63,529 nucleotides of DNA, filler included, from Salisapilia sapeloensis CBS 127946 (GCA_023334545.1; 8 parts of 8 records of this genome joined end to end with filler, not necessarily neighbours in it), one strand, 5' to 3'. Positions 1 through 12,927 are shown, counted from the first letter of the whole stretch. Notes: generated from the letters alone by a model not told the origin. A program made the numbers and translations.

Positions 1-291
1 CGCGTGTAGAAAGTTGGGATCGTTTGAGCAGTAGGCGGCAGATCGCACAATGAGCTTCGTTGGGCGGACTGGTTCGGTCGGTGGGTCATGTAGCATCTTC
101 GCGTTGGACATTGCGAAGAAAAGCATGATGCATGATGCATGATGCATGGATCATGACAACGCCGTCGGTAGACTGGTCGCTATACATGATGGATGGAGAG
201 ACTCGAAAAAACATAGAGACAGCGATTCTTTGGCAAGACCATGTAGAAGTATCCAGACATGAGAACTGTATTAATAACACTTTCCGATCGT

Positions 292-1120
292 CTACGAAGC
301 TGTTCGATTCGTATCTTGTACCCACGCCATAAAGTCATCAATCAACACTGGCCAGGCTTCGTTCTCGTCGTACTTGTCATATCCTGTTTGAACTTTAAAG
401 AGGAAATCAATTAGTAGATTCCACGTGTCCTTGGTCACTCCTTTCGTCGGGTTCTGGTCTTTTAAAAACTCGAGCCAGTGCTTTCCCACGACCGGAAATC
501 GAGGCGGCAGCAATAGCTCCCACATCCCAGATGCCATTTCAATGCCCACACTCTTTTGGCCAGGGTCTTTTGAAAAAGTAAAGCAAAAGGCATAAAACTT
601 TTTAAATTGATCGTCACTTGCAATGGACGCCTCGAGTTCCGAAATTTTCGATGCAAGTGATGCCATCGAGTCACATCGAAGACGTTTCATGCCTGTAAGG
701 AACTCGGACCGAGTGAAAACACCCATGTACCCTGCTTCCATGAACCACGCGAGGATCACGATGGTGATATCTTGTGGATCCAAGTTGGCGTCTTCACAAA
801 ATTTTAGCACACCATCTTCATTAATCGTGTCTTCGTCATCCGGATCGGCGTACTCGTCGAACCATTTATTCACGGCCTCTTCAAAACCCTTGGGAAGTGG
901 CTCTACTTGCTCTCCGCCATTGCCATCGGCGAAATAGGAGTCAATGGCTATTTCGAGATTCCACCCACAGTCTCGAAGATACCCTTCCGCCACCGACTTC
1001 CTATCAATTCAGAGGACATATCATCAGGGCATTCCTATAGTCTAATTACGTAGTAAAAAGGTACTTGGCATTCGTAGTACGGACGAAATGGCTGATCTTA
1101 TCGTGTCGACGGCCAGACAT
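292..1120 (-). CDS. DCN1: DCN1-like protein (defective in cullin neddylation 1; UBA-like + PONY domain), 2 exons (1120-1065, 1000-292)
   Basis: GWNLEIAIDSYF UBA-like motif; FYAFCFTFSK..QKS, KGVTKDTWNLLIDF and YDENEAWPVLIDDF are PONY-domain motifs. A 64-nt GT..AG intron (1064-1001) joins MSGRRHDKISHFVRTTNAK in frame to KSVAEGYL. Confidence 0.93.
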
Positions 1121-1230
1121 GAGGAGTTCGAGTGCTTTTTAGTTGTGAATAAGATAAACTTTTTTCTGACAGGTTCTATATCATCAATTTGATTGGTGCA
1201 TAAGAGACATTCAAGCAATCTGACTGGCTG

Positions 1231-3006
1231 ATGCAGGCGGAGATGATTCCGTCATCCTTGTCAACTTCGACTTCATTTTCCAATTCGATCGCTCAAGACG
1301 AGATGGCAGACTTACTACAAGCAGTTGCAAGCGGAAAGACATCGTCTAATGATCAGCAAGATCATGGTAAAGCTGTGGGCATCTCGAATGCCCAAGCGGA
1401 ACTCTTAAAGGAGCATGCAGTGTCCTGGGCGGCTGCCCACGGCCTGCTGGTTGGTGCCAAGGATGGCAATGCATCCGCTACCTTTACGCACATCCCTTTC
1501 TGTCTACTCCCAGTCCAGGTATATGGCAATACGACGAGTGTATTGTATAATTGGCTAAAGGAATCTATACAAGTAGCTTTCAAAGGCACAATTCGAACGT
1601 GGAGTGGAGCTATCGCCATTGTATGGACGACTAATGGACCGCGTTAGTCGTGACCTAGACTGGCTGCACAGCACTGTGGAATCGTAGGCTTCTACAACTC
1701 GTTCAACTCTTGACTAGGTATTAATATTGGATGAGAGTAGTGTTGTGGCAGAAGACAAATTCACTGGTCGATTGCTCGAACTGTCCAAGAAGGTAGCAGA
1801 AGAAGGTATCCAGCAAAAGGCGTACTTGGGCATCCACCGGTCGGACTATATGCTGCATGACCCACCAAAGGACGTATCTAGCAACCAAGAGCAGCGTCTG
1901 CTCCAAGTAGAACTCAACACCATCTCGGCTTCCTTTGCTTCTATCAGTTCCAAGGTGACGGATCTGCACAAGTACGAACCTTTCATATCCATCCCGCTCT
2001 ATTGTATCTTATAATAGTTCTCAGGTACCTGATCAACCGTCTCGGAACGGAAATTCCAGACTTGTCGTCGAACTATGGCATCTCAGCAACCGACTTGGGC
2101 GGTTGCCTGCCGTCCAACGACGCAATCATCAACCTCCCGAAAGGATTCGCGGCTGCCCACCACCACTACAACAATCCTTCCGCGATTATTCTAATGGTCG
2201 TTCAGCCAAATGAAGCTAATTCGATTGATCAGCGCTGGATCGAGTACAACCTATGGGACCACCATCATATTCGTGTCCTCCGTCGAACGCTTACTGAAAT
2301 CCACGCAATGGCGGCGCTAAAGAACGTTGATGGAAAGCGCAAGCTCTTTATCGACGGCAAAGAAGTCAGTGTCGTCTACTTCCGCTCAGGGTACACACCT
2401 GAAGACCATCCGACCGAGGTCGAGTGGGAAGCCAGGGAGCTCCTGGAACGCTCGTACGCGATCAAGTGCCCTTCGGTCGCCTACCACCTCGCTGGTACGA
2501 AGAAGGTACAGCAGACACTTGCGGATCCGAGTGTCCTCCGTCGCTTCATCTCGAACGAAGAGGACGCCAAGACGATTGAAGCGTCTTTTGCTGGGCTTTA
2601 CGGTCTTGAACAAAAGTCTGTCGAGACGGAAAAGATTAAGCAAATGGCCGTGTCCAACCCCAAGGGCTATGTGCTGAAACCTCAGCGCGAAGGTGGTGGA
2701 AACAACTTGTATGGACAAGAAGTCTCGAAAGCGATGCAGGACATGAGCCCAAGTGAACTCGAGTCGTATATCTTGATGGAGCGCATTTTCCCAAAAGAGA
2801 TGTCCGCTGTGTTGGTGAGATCGAATACGATGGCGAGTGGTCCGACGATTAGTGAACTTGGGATGTTCATCACGACTCTGTTTGACGACGGAGAGGAAGT
2901 GATGAATGCACATGCTGGACATTTGCTCCGGACGAAGTTGTCGGAAGTCGATGAAGGAGGCGTCGCGACTGGATTCTCCGTCATTAGCAGTCCTCTACTT
3001 GTATAA
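1231..3006 (+). CDS. GSS: Eukaryotic glutathione synthetase, 4 exons (introns about 1519-1576, 1684-1740, 1972-2024)
   Basis: LGIHRSDYM, QVELNTISASF, VYFRSGY, YHLAGTKKVQQ, VLKPQREGGGNN, YILMERI, SELG and GHLLRTK..EGGVATG motifs. Three GT-AG introns join the ORF fragments in frame. Confidence 0.96.
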
Positions 3007-3047
3007 GCTTGAATAAAAAACCGACTGAAGCTGTTTATATTTTTATC

Positions 3048-3719
3048 ATGAACGTCCTATCTGTCGTATATGATGCCGATAGCGATCGATTTGTCCTGGC
3101 AGAAGATGGCGGAGGAGTACGATGGCAGGGAGAGATGATCCATCCGCAAATAGACTTGACATCGTCTAGCAGAAGCATGATCCAACCGGATGAAGTGCAT
3201 GTCAAGACTGCTCTTGCCGGTATGTCTGGCGTCTGGACGGATGCTCGTGACTTGCAACGTATTGGAGATAGCGGAGACGCATACCTACCGTCAGAAGTAA
3301 ACATTGGATGTCGATTTATAGCATGCAAAGGTCTTTCACCATCTCTCGAGACAGAAGAGTATAACATTGGAGACCGCGTCTTTGTGTGGCACGACAGTCG
3401 CTGGCGTCCTGGTAGAGTACTAGCGAGACGCATCCACAACTACGACATCTTACACTCTAGTAAGGATATTGTACTTCATGACATCCTTCCAGTTTACCTC
3501 CGACCTCGAGACAAGATAAAGCACGAGAAACCTGCGAGTCCTTTAGCTGTTGGCGATCGAGTCACGTGGACACCTGTAGACTACTGCTCTCTCACATGCA
3601 ACGACCAAAAGACATACACTGGACGCATCCTGCACATCTCTTATACGCGTCGACTAGCTACCATCCAACTAATGTCCTATCAAATACTCCAAGTGTCCAC
3701 AACTCAGCTCCAGAAGTGA
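3048..3719 (+). CDS. Hypothetical protein with two putative Tudor/Agenet/KOW-like beta-barrels
   Basis: Open 223-codon frame from ATG 3048. It contains YNIGDRVFVWHDSRWRPGRV and LAVGDRVTWTP..YTGRILHI segments typical of SH3-like barrels. Confidence 0.55.
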   Translation: MNVLSVVYDADSDRFVLAEDGGGVRWQGEMIHPQIDLTSSSRSMIQPDEVHVKTALAGMSGVWTDARDLQRIGDSGDAYLPSEVNIGCRFIACKGLSPSLETEEYNIGDRVFVWHDSRWRPGRVLARRIHNYDILHSSKDIVLHDILPVYLRPRDKIKHEKPASPLAVGDRVTWTPVDYCSLTCNDQKTYTGRILHISYTRRLATIQLMSYQILQVSTTQLQK

Positions 3720-3739
3720 ATTACGATGTTTACTAAAGC

Positions 3740-4460
3740 CTATTTGGTCTTGTTCTTCTTAGTCGATCCAGGTCCTTTCACCTTTTGCTTCTTGCTCGTA
3801 CGCTGCTGAGTAGTTGGCTCACCACCAAAGGCGTTGGTGATCGTGTCGCTCCACTGACTCCACTGCTTGGCCGTGTCGACGGACGGATCACGCCACGGAC
3901 GCTTCAGATCTCCCCATGCCTTTTCACCTTGGATCGTCACTCGCATGAGAGGCGACTGGAGCAAGTTGTATGGCTGGGTCACGGCCTGGACGAGGAGGGG
4001 CGGGAAGAACTGCCATTTCCAGTGGACGAAGATTGTGATGAGCGTCGTCAGGGCGAACTTTTGGATGTCACCTTTGGCTGCACGCATGTCATGCTCTGCA
4101 ACGGTGATCTTCTCCTCTGCTTCACCTTCCTGACCAAAGCCAATGTCCTCCTTGACAGTCAAGACACCAGCCTCCGTGTTGTTCTACTCCAGCGATCAAT
4201 ACGATTCACACATATAAGTGGAGCAATTACATAGACATACTCTGGATTGAATGTACGCATAGATCAGCATGCCATAGCAAGCGACTTGAGACAGTGCGTA
4301 GAAAACTCGAATGCCAAGGATGTGCCCTAGGATAACGGATGAGGTTCTGAAGTCATACATTCGAATATGGAAACATACAAGGGTCCTCCGTATCAAGAAA
4401 GGTCTTGGCACCAATGGCAAGGCTCATTGTGAGCACCATCATCTTCCACGTGCGCGCCAT
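3740..4460 (-). CDS. PHO88: PHO88/SND3-family ER membrane protein, 3 exons
   Basis: The C-terminal exon has HWKWQFFPPLLVQAVTQPYNLLQSPL..GDLKRPW. Upstream exons (MARTWKMMVLTMSLAIGAKTFLDTEDP; YALSQVACYGMLIYAYIQSR) are bounded by GT-AG introns. Confidence 0.8.
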
Positions 4461-4826
4461 GACGAGCTAAAGGGAGGGGGCGATGATCTGCCACGTACGA
4501 CGATGTCAATCTTGTAACTAAATCGTCTGGCGAAAGAAAAGAAAACAAAAGAAAAGAATAATGTAGCATCTGGCCTATATTACCAGTAACTTGTCTTTGA
4601 TGTCATATCGTTACCTGTAGCTAAAAATGAATCGACATTAGACAAAGAGTACTCTACGGTGGGTACAAAATCACATGTATAGCAAGTAGTATTGCCAACG
4701 ATGCCTATCATCCTCCGCCGACAACCCGAAACAGCATGTGCAGACAATTAAAAGGCAGAGCACTCTGGTGAAAGCTCAAGTCATCGAACTGAAAGATCGT
4801 TCATTGCATCTATATCATAGCTCCTA

Positions 4827-6727
4827 CTAGATTGCGCATAATCCAATTATCCATGTCGGCCGGTGTGTGAACGCTCGATGGATCGTATGTACTTTGAACG
4901 GGTAATATATTCGCTGCAAGAACCAGTCCAAAACATCAAGGTACCCTCTCTCACAAGCAGTCAGCAGTGGTCTACGTGTATGTACTGAAACCCCTTGCTC
5001 GAAGAGCCATCGTGCGAGTTTGAAGGGACCATTTCGGATCGATGCTTCCATGCATTCGTTCTCGTCGTCAATGGTAGAATTCTTAAAGGACCACTTGACC
5101 ACCTCTAAGCGACCATCCCAACTCGCTTGTCTTGGCCCATCCGATACTACTTCCTCCCCTAGATGAATATGGAGCCAAGAGACAGTCTCTTTATGACCAC
5201 CGTACGCAGCTCCAGTCCCTCGCTTCGACTATGAATACGGTGCAGTCTCGACTCTGCAGCCATTGCAGAATGTAAAGATGATTGTTCTCTGCTGCGACCT
5301 CGATGCCGTTTTTCGTCGGCAAGACATATCCTTTCGAGATCAGCTTCTGCAATAGGTCTGCTTTTCCATCTCTACAGCCTCGTCAATCGCCTTCGTTGAG
5401 CACATGTTCACTTTAACCTTTCAAACAGCTTACTCGTCTATAAGAACTGTAAGACGTCAATGTGTCCTTCCGTGACAGGAACATCCATCAAAAATGCCAT
5501 CACGGAACCTGTTGGCTGTCCACATGCTTGCAAAGTAGCTTTAGTACTTTCAAATGACCGTTGGTAGTTAACTTTGCCAAGGAACTCGCGCTCAAAGGAT
5601 TGGCACGCTGTGTGTACAGGCACTGGAGGACCTTGTAGTGGCCGGCGAACGAAGCTGCTTCCAAAGTGTGAACAAGGCACCACTCGGTGACAATGTTCTG
5701 GATCAAGTACTGTAAGCAGGCCCAGTGTCCATTCCTGGCGGCTGCGAGGCAAATATTTCTCGATGTTGACTTGTAGCCTCTGGCCCCAAGCCACTCGATA
5801 ATTTCTACCTAATTAGTTGTGGCAGCAGCGGCGTATAGATCCAGCATTTCTTCACGCCAGTCGACATCTTCTCCATACGGAATGACATTGTGTACATACT
5901 GGAGCACATCGAGGTGACCAGCTACAGCAGCATTCGCGATAATTTTACTTAATCCCAAGTGCTCATTTAATATCTCCTTTTTCAGGAGGTCAAGATGGCC
6001 ATACTTGATCATGATATCCTTTGTGTCCATCGTGTACGGATGGCTTGGACCAATGTACTCTCCATGCGGGGCTCTTTCACCATAATATCCTATCGCATTC
6101 CGCTTTTCCAGTAATCTGGTTCCTCATTTTGTCTTGACGATATATTCTACGCGACTGCGTTTGCCAATCTCCTGACTGTAGGGCCACTCTAGTGTGTATC
6201 TGTGGTTCCATACAATGGCAACTACGATGCACTCATAGCATACATGCCAATGAGGAACGAGCTGTCGGACACACTGGAGCATGTCATTCTTTCCTTCCTC
6301 ACTGACAACAATTGTGAGCACGCACCATTGATTGTAAAGCGGTGGCTCAGACCGATCTCGCTGCAACTGCTGTACAATATACCAGCACGATAGTTGAGCA
6401 GCATTGTTTAGTTCACCCGCTGCCCAGTCAATTGTATAATCCTCTAGCAATTCCGTGACATGTGGAAGTCCTTCCAAACTAACAATGCTACAAGTGAGCA
6501 CAACGATGGTTGTTAAGTGGTTTACTCGTTCAGTTAGATTGCACATCTTGATAGAGTCGTATGCACCGGGTGAAAGCTAAAGTGAAGAGCGTAGGCAGAG
6601 GGTCCAGAAACCACGGCATATATGATTGATAACTCTGATGGAGTGGATGATGTTCATTAGTCAAGATGTTCAAGGTCAGCTGGGTACAAGATGCTACTTC
6701 GTCATGTACAACTAGATTGATCGCCAT
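4827..6727 (-). pseudogene. Decayed oomycete-type ankyrin-repeat gene
   Basis: Ankyrin-like motifs are spread across different frames: LPHVTELL, NAAVAGHLDVLQYVH, AASFAGHYKVLQCLY, AAENNHLYILQWL, AAYGGHKETVSWL, ACERGYLDVLDWF. They are separated by stops and frameshifts without usable splice sites. Confidence 0.75.
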
Positions 6728-7172
6728 ATTCTACGTTTATCTGCTGTAATTTGTAATTATCGATAAGTGGACTTTGTATCGATTTAAAATGCATTCCTCA
6801 ACTTCCTCGTTCCAAGTGACCATTCCAACAGAATACGCTTTTACAAGTTGTTCTGCTATAATTAGCTCAAAAGAGGTTGATGGATGTGATTGCCTGTATA
6901 AAGTATAAGGATAGCATCATGCTTCCGGCCCGTTCGTATATTTGTTGCTACTCTGAACGGATCATATAATCGACAGTCAACTATCGACTCGGATGCCGGT
7001 GTATGTAAACTATGTTTATCACCAGGACTGACTTGCATAATGGCTCAATCCATTTCGAAACAAGCATGGAAACCCAGCACAGCAACATGCCAATTCTACA
7101 TAAAGCAATGGGTCAGACATCGCTGACTGCTCATTTTATACAGCGGCCCATAAATTTGCATTTCATTTGCAC

Positions 7173-9181
7173 TCAGTTATCTACTACACTTCCATCCTTC
7201 AGCATTCTGCGCAGTTCAAAAGAGATTTGCACTGCCGTCGGCCGCTCTCTTGGTTCGAAATTCAGACACTTGTCTACGAGATCCCGCATCTCCTGTGGGC
7301 AGTCCTCGGAGACACTTGGCTTGATCATGCGACAAGCAACACGATGCAGAAGTGCATAGTCCGGAAGGATTTTGCCTTCTTGGTCCACGGCATCATGTAA
7401 AGGCAGCTCGTTCGTATCCAACTCGGTCAAAATAGCTCCAAACGAGTACGAATCGCAAGTGTGGTCATAAGACTCGCCAGCTACCACTTCAGGTGCAAGC
7501 CACTACATTACAGAAAAAGTATTCATTAGTAAATAAATTAATAAAAAGGATAAGATTGCGACACATACCCGAGCAGTTCCAACGGCTTGAGTGGTCATGG
7601 TATTGTTATCCGACATGAGCCGAGCGGAGCCAAAGTCACTCACTTTCGCAATCATCTCTTCTGATAGCAGAACGTTCCGAGACTTGAGGTCACGATGGAC
7701 AATCGGTCGTTCGAAAGACTGAACATACACAAGTGCTTCGGCAATATCAATAGCGATGCTAAGCTTTTCCTTGGTCCAATGTCGAGGCACGTTCGGGCGC
7801 TGTAGATACTCTCGCAAGTCACCATTCGGCATGTATGTGAATAGCGCTTGGAAGTTCGATCGCATCGTCCACGCCACACCGATGCAGTCGACAATGTTCG
7901 CATGCTCGATCCTTGCAACTAGCTTTACTTCATCGACAAACGTTTCAAAAGCCGACGGATCAGCGACATTACGTGCTAATCTTTTTGATGCGTAGTAGTT
8001 ATCGTAGTACGACACTAACCAGACGACTCCGAACGCGCCAGAGCCGAGGATCTTGATGTCCTGAATATCTGTGTAATTCAATTTTCTCTCCACAAGCTCT
8101 CTGTCGCTCCAGATATCATAGACACCGGCGTCATTAGACGGACTTTGGGCGTGAGATAAAGGCTGAAGCTGAGATAAAGACAGATATGGAGCTGAAGGCA
8201 GAGGTTGTGCAAGGGGTACAGCGTGAGCTTCTGTTTCGGCCTCTGTCGTCGCTGTCGTCGCTGTCCCTGTTTCAGGAACGCGATTCGCTTCATGTCGTCG
8301 GTATGCATCCTCGGCGTATGCTTCGGCCATAGCAGACTTGCGTTGATGCATACACCACATCCACATAGCACCAGCAATGACAGCAAAAATAGCGAGTGGA
8401 AGGACGATGGCGAGTACGTTCGGACCATCGGCGCTTTCATGATATAAAGCAGGCGCGTGGCCTCCTTGAGATGATCCGTCCGAATCATCGAACGAGCGCC
8501 ATGAAGAGTGGCTGTCAAGTCCTGGTAGAGTGAACAATGAATCATCCTTTGATGCCTTCGAGTCGTCAGAAAATGTCCGTGACATGCTACTTGCCTCACT
8601 CATTGCAATAGCTGACGCCGCAGCAGTGGTTAGATCAGCAAGTGATGAAGCCTCTGGTATCTGCAACTCTTTAGGTGTAGCAGGTGCAACTGCTTGGAGT
8701 ACTCGGTGCTCATTCAAATTGCTTGACACGGACCCGTGAGTCGGAAATATTAAGTCGTGCCAGTTTCCTACATATACAAACAGATTAGCTCTTTTATACG
8801 CATACACAAGAGGAGTAAAGTCGTATAGCTACCTTCCAATCCTGCCAAGGTTGAAGCATTTCCATTGCCAGCGTCTTCTTGACACAAGTGCTCGAAGGCG
8901 TGATAGAGTTCCTTTAAATTAACGTATCCGAATGATTCGGAAGGAAAAGCGCATTCTGGGAGTCCTTTATATAGTGTCTGGTAAATTTCAACGCATGAGT
9001 CCGTGCAGTCATAGGCTAAGGTTTCCATGTCCACGCATTCAGTGTTCGATTGGAATTTGTTTACTTCTGCTTGCATTTCGGTCAATTTATTCCCCTCTTC
9101 CTCTGTACATTTTTCACTTTGCACGATTTGTCGGAAATGCGTGCTGATGAGCATCATGAGGAGGATGGTTGGTCGATACAT
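7173..9181 (-). CDS. Receptor-like TKL kinase with N-terminal signal peptide, elicitin-like 6-Cys ectodomain, Ser-rich stalk, TM helix and intact kinase; 3 exons (9181-8833, 8767-7569, 7502-7173), 625 aa
   Basis: Intron 8832-8768 (65 nt, phase 1) joins ..AGLE-G to NWHDL..; intron 7568-7503 (66 nt) gives GTAR-WLAPE. Kinase motifs GSGAFG, ASK, HRDLKSRN and DFG are intact. TM helix is VLAIVLPLAIFAVIAGAMWMW. An INR/FPR-like motif lies at 9222-9237. Confidence 0.8.
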
Positions 9182-11087
9182 GAGGCTATAGTCTTCCAAT
9201 GTGCTGATGTGAGTACTCAGGAGAAATTGAAAGTGTGCGCTATGTGAAACACTAACGAGAGACCACAAATCTGACAGTCGAAATGTGGCGGTCACACTGG
9301 AGATATTCACAAGAATTGTTACAACCGTACGTATATATCTTGATTTCCACCAATCTCTGTACTGGGAGTAAAATCCATCTCTTGTATCCACTCATTTCCT
9401 CTCAGCTGTCTTCGTCGGCTCGCCGAAGGAAATGCATGATGCCACAAATTTTGCAGCGGTTTCCTTTTGATACTTGAACTCATTGAGACTTTTCCGCAAT
9501 GTATGGCGGGACAATAAAGAAATGTACACATATAAAGGGATACCAGTATCAACTCTTGAATTACCTTTGCGTAAATGGAGACTAGGAAGCGATGTAGTAG
9601 CACATAATGAAGCGAGCGGGGCCATTGACTAGCACCTTGCCCTATGCACAGACGCTACGAAAATTTGTGGCTGTGAGGAGTGCCCTGCTCAGCGTAAAAG
9701 CTACGCTTCGTGTTGAATTGCTGCGAGATAAAGACCTTTTAGAGCATATAGAAACCTTCACCGTCAAGCTAGCTGCATTATACTTCATTCTTACCGACGA
9801 TTGCATTTAATTATGCATTAATCTACTTGTGAGTATGTGTGTGGAAATACACGAGGGATCTAGTAACCAAATTTTAGATCAGGAAAGTTGCTCGTAGCAT
9901 TTCAATTTTACCAGTTGGCTGTTAGCGATAGATAGTACAAGTCATCGGAGCTTTGGACTGTCTGCCAAACTGTCGATCGCATGCTTTGAAAATATCCTTG
10001 TAGCCATACAAGGCATCTGGGGAATTCAATTTGCCATGACAATTTACTGCTTTTACCTTCGTCCTCTACCAGCATATCCCGTCAGCTAGCTTCGGCCCAC
10101 TACTTTCATGATAACTCGAAGCTACTTGCTCTTGCGGTTTTGGCTATCATAATACTTCAATGGTGTGTTTTAAATGAAGACCCGCGATTTCGTACTATAT
10201 GCCAAAGCATGCCAAAGCTGAGTCGTCCGGTTCTCCCTAGTCGATTATCATTGACAGTTGTCACCTTCCTTACTCTGCCATCCTCTATCCTGTGTCTCTC
10301 ATGGAAATTCAAGGTTACCACAAATCGTCTTATAAGCTTACATTTCTAGTGCCGATCTTTTGACCTTCCAATCCCAACAGTTTCGTGTTAATTTACCTGA
10401 AGAATCGGAAATCGCACACACACGATCGCCGAATGAAGTGCTTGTCGTTCAAAAAACTTTGATGTGTAGTGTGAGAGAGATAATGCTTTATATGGGTCTG
10501 ATGAAAATCAAACAGATTAACAAACAAATGAAACTTGTAGTCATGAATGAGACTATATCGACAAAGCCATCAAGCGAGAGCGACAAAAAAGACTTGAGAG
10601 CAAACATCGTGGTGCATACAGCGACAAAGCTCTCAATTCCCAACACGAGTCTCGTCTGTCATGCATTGACCACAACTACGATCGACTCGAAGCAAAGCTG
10701 ACAGGTGAATCACCCAGGAAGCTTTGGGATACTATTTGCCAAAGAAAATCATGCATTTAACCGACTACATACCAACAGCATTGCTACCAACAAAACCGCT
10801 AATGAGCACTACCTTATCTTGAATCCTCCTCCAGTACCGTTCTAATGCATGGAAGCCACATTGAGCCTTTCAGTCGAAATCAAATAGTATAAGCCCCACA
10901 AGTAAGCAACAGGGCAAGTCTCATATAGTAGTCTCTTCAAAATAATAAAACATTCTTTATGCATTATGATGTTTTATTTGCATGCTTTTTTAAAGTCTAT
11001 ATTCTGCATGCAATCGATCTGTACATGTCAAGTATGCATTGTATTCATCTCACCTGTCGTGGTCTGTATCGTATTGAACTACATTGT

Positions 11088-12128
11088 CTACACAAGGTCG
11101 TCCTTGGCTTCGGCGTTCGTTGTTGTTACACTATCCGTATCCTCCTCTTCTTCTTCCGCTTTCTCCTCCTTCTGCTCTTCCTCTGCTAGTTTCAAAAGGT
11201 GCTGTCGAGTCAAGTACCCCATGACTGCCAGTAACGACAGAGCGCTGACAGCTCCCACCATGAGCACGACAATCTCCGTCGTATGATCTCGTCCGCCTTC
11301 CGATAGCAATACTGTCAAATGTTGCGCAGCGTGTCCAGAGTACACCCAAATGGAGCTATACACGAGTCCGGTGACAAGTGCAGCAAAGAAAAAGACAAAG
11401 AACGAAACATCTAGGACACTCAGTCCGTAGTTTTTAATGGCAATGGGGAAAAAAGCCACGCGTGTGAGGCATACGACCAGAATCTGTCTGCGTCGAACGG
11501 CGTGTTGGAGAGCTTTCAGGACAGGATGACCTTGCGTCAAGTACGCTGCGACTCGATCTCGACAGGCATACCGGCCAATAAAGAACGAAATGAGTGACCC
11601 GCTCAGCTTGCCGACAGTCGTTAAGATCAGTCCGAGCCAAAAGCCAAACATGTACCCAGCCAAGACCTCGAAAAGCGTCGAGGGAAAGCTGATTAGGGAA
11701 TACATTAGACAAGTCGTTTGGATCGTAGCAAGAGATCGTACCAGAGGATGATCGAGAGTGTGAATGTACTCGTGAAGATCGTCGAGCCTGCGACTTTATG
11801 TTCCTATCCGTAACCGTTAGGTATAGGACGTGTAGGTAAGTAGATCAATAAATACCTTGAGCCATGTGATCACGTTGTAAAAGTCGTCACTTTTGACGAA
11901 ATGGCTGATCAGAGCTACGGAAGCTGCGATGGTAGTTACAACAATAACGCCAACGATTGCTCGTTTCATGCTGCAAAGACCTCTCGTGCCGTTCATGGCA
12001 TTTAGCTCTGGCAAATCATTGCCTATTGGCTGTTTGGCACTGTACAGAGCGGGTTCTGACTCCAGATGGGCGACCTCAGCTGCCGTGCCCGTGGGGGACG
12101 TGACCACTGGAGAATACTGCCGCAGCAT
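11088..12128 (-). CDS. VTT-domain (TVP38/TMEM64, SNARE-associated Golgi / DedA family) membrane protein, 3 exons
   Basis: FPSTLFEVLAGYMFGFWLG, GSLISFFIGRY, LTRVAFFPIAIKNYGLS motifs. The upstream exons MLRQYSP..ITWLK and EHKVAGS..IILC join through GT-AG introns. Confidence 0.88.
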
Positions 12129-12927
12129 CCGGAGGAGCGGGCTATCCGAGTCGCGATTCGGACGTTTCTGTTCGCGTCCAAGTGGGAACGCAAAGTGAGC
12201 TCGCATGTGGGACGGCGCAGTGATTTTTTCCTTCGATTTGCTGTACGTACCGCCTCTTTTTCTGTTAGAAACGACATAGAGCGGCAAAAAGTAGCGAAAT
12301 GGCCAATGAAAGTAGCGGGTAAATTTGAAAGGCTTTGGTTTTGTTTGCTGCTGTAAAACACGAATCGTAGCATTGAATAGTACGAGTATCGCTGCATGGG
12401 GAGGATACGCGTCATGGAGCTTGTGGTAGGTCGGTTGTGGTCCGAAACTTTCAATAGTTCGACGGTTTTGTAAAATCAAATTAATATTCAACGAAATGCG
12501 CTGGTGGTGGATGATGCAGTGCAGAGCTTCATGTCGGTTGCGTGTACCTTGCAAGGACACGTCAGAGCTACACAATAGTGCTTTATCACGGGATGGCCAA
12601 TTCTAAAGCTAAATTATCTTCGAGAGTTTCTATCGAAAAGAAATGCAAAAGGATGAATTGTCCGATCACTACTTGAAATAAAGCGTCGAAGAGCACAGTC
12701 TTGTTCATAGTCCAATTTTCTTTTCAGTATCTTTAACGCAGGTGCCTGAAAGAGCAATTCAGGTCATCACAATCTTGTTCTACAGCGTACTCAGTGACGT
12801 GTCCGAGTTTCCACTCATCCCAGTCCTTTTTTGCCTTTGAAGCTTGAAGTCAAGTACCGACGTCGACTTGTTTGATCTTGCCTTTCGATACACTCAAAAC
12901 TACGACACGGTAGCCCAAGCTCGTCGA

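Noticed and set aside
132-332. 66-aa plus-strand ORF, possibly the last exon of an upstream gene overlapping the DCN1 3' end
   Set aside because: No recognisable motif, the upstream context is cut off, and the CATGATG repeat looks intronic or non-coding.
9392-10900. Short ORFs between the elicitin-kinase and the VTT gene
   Set aside because: All frames are broken by stops and no family motif is recognisable; possibly decayed sequence.
12600-12927. Protein-like minus-strand fragment (KKDWDEWKLGHVTEYAVEQDC)
   Set aside because: It is interrupted by stops, truncated by the spacer and cannot be assigned.
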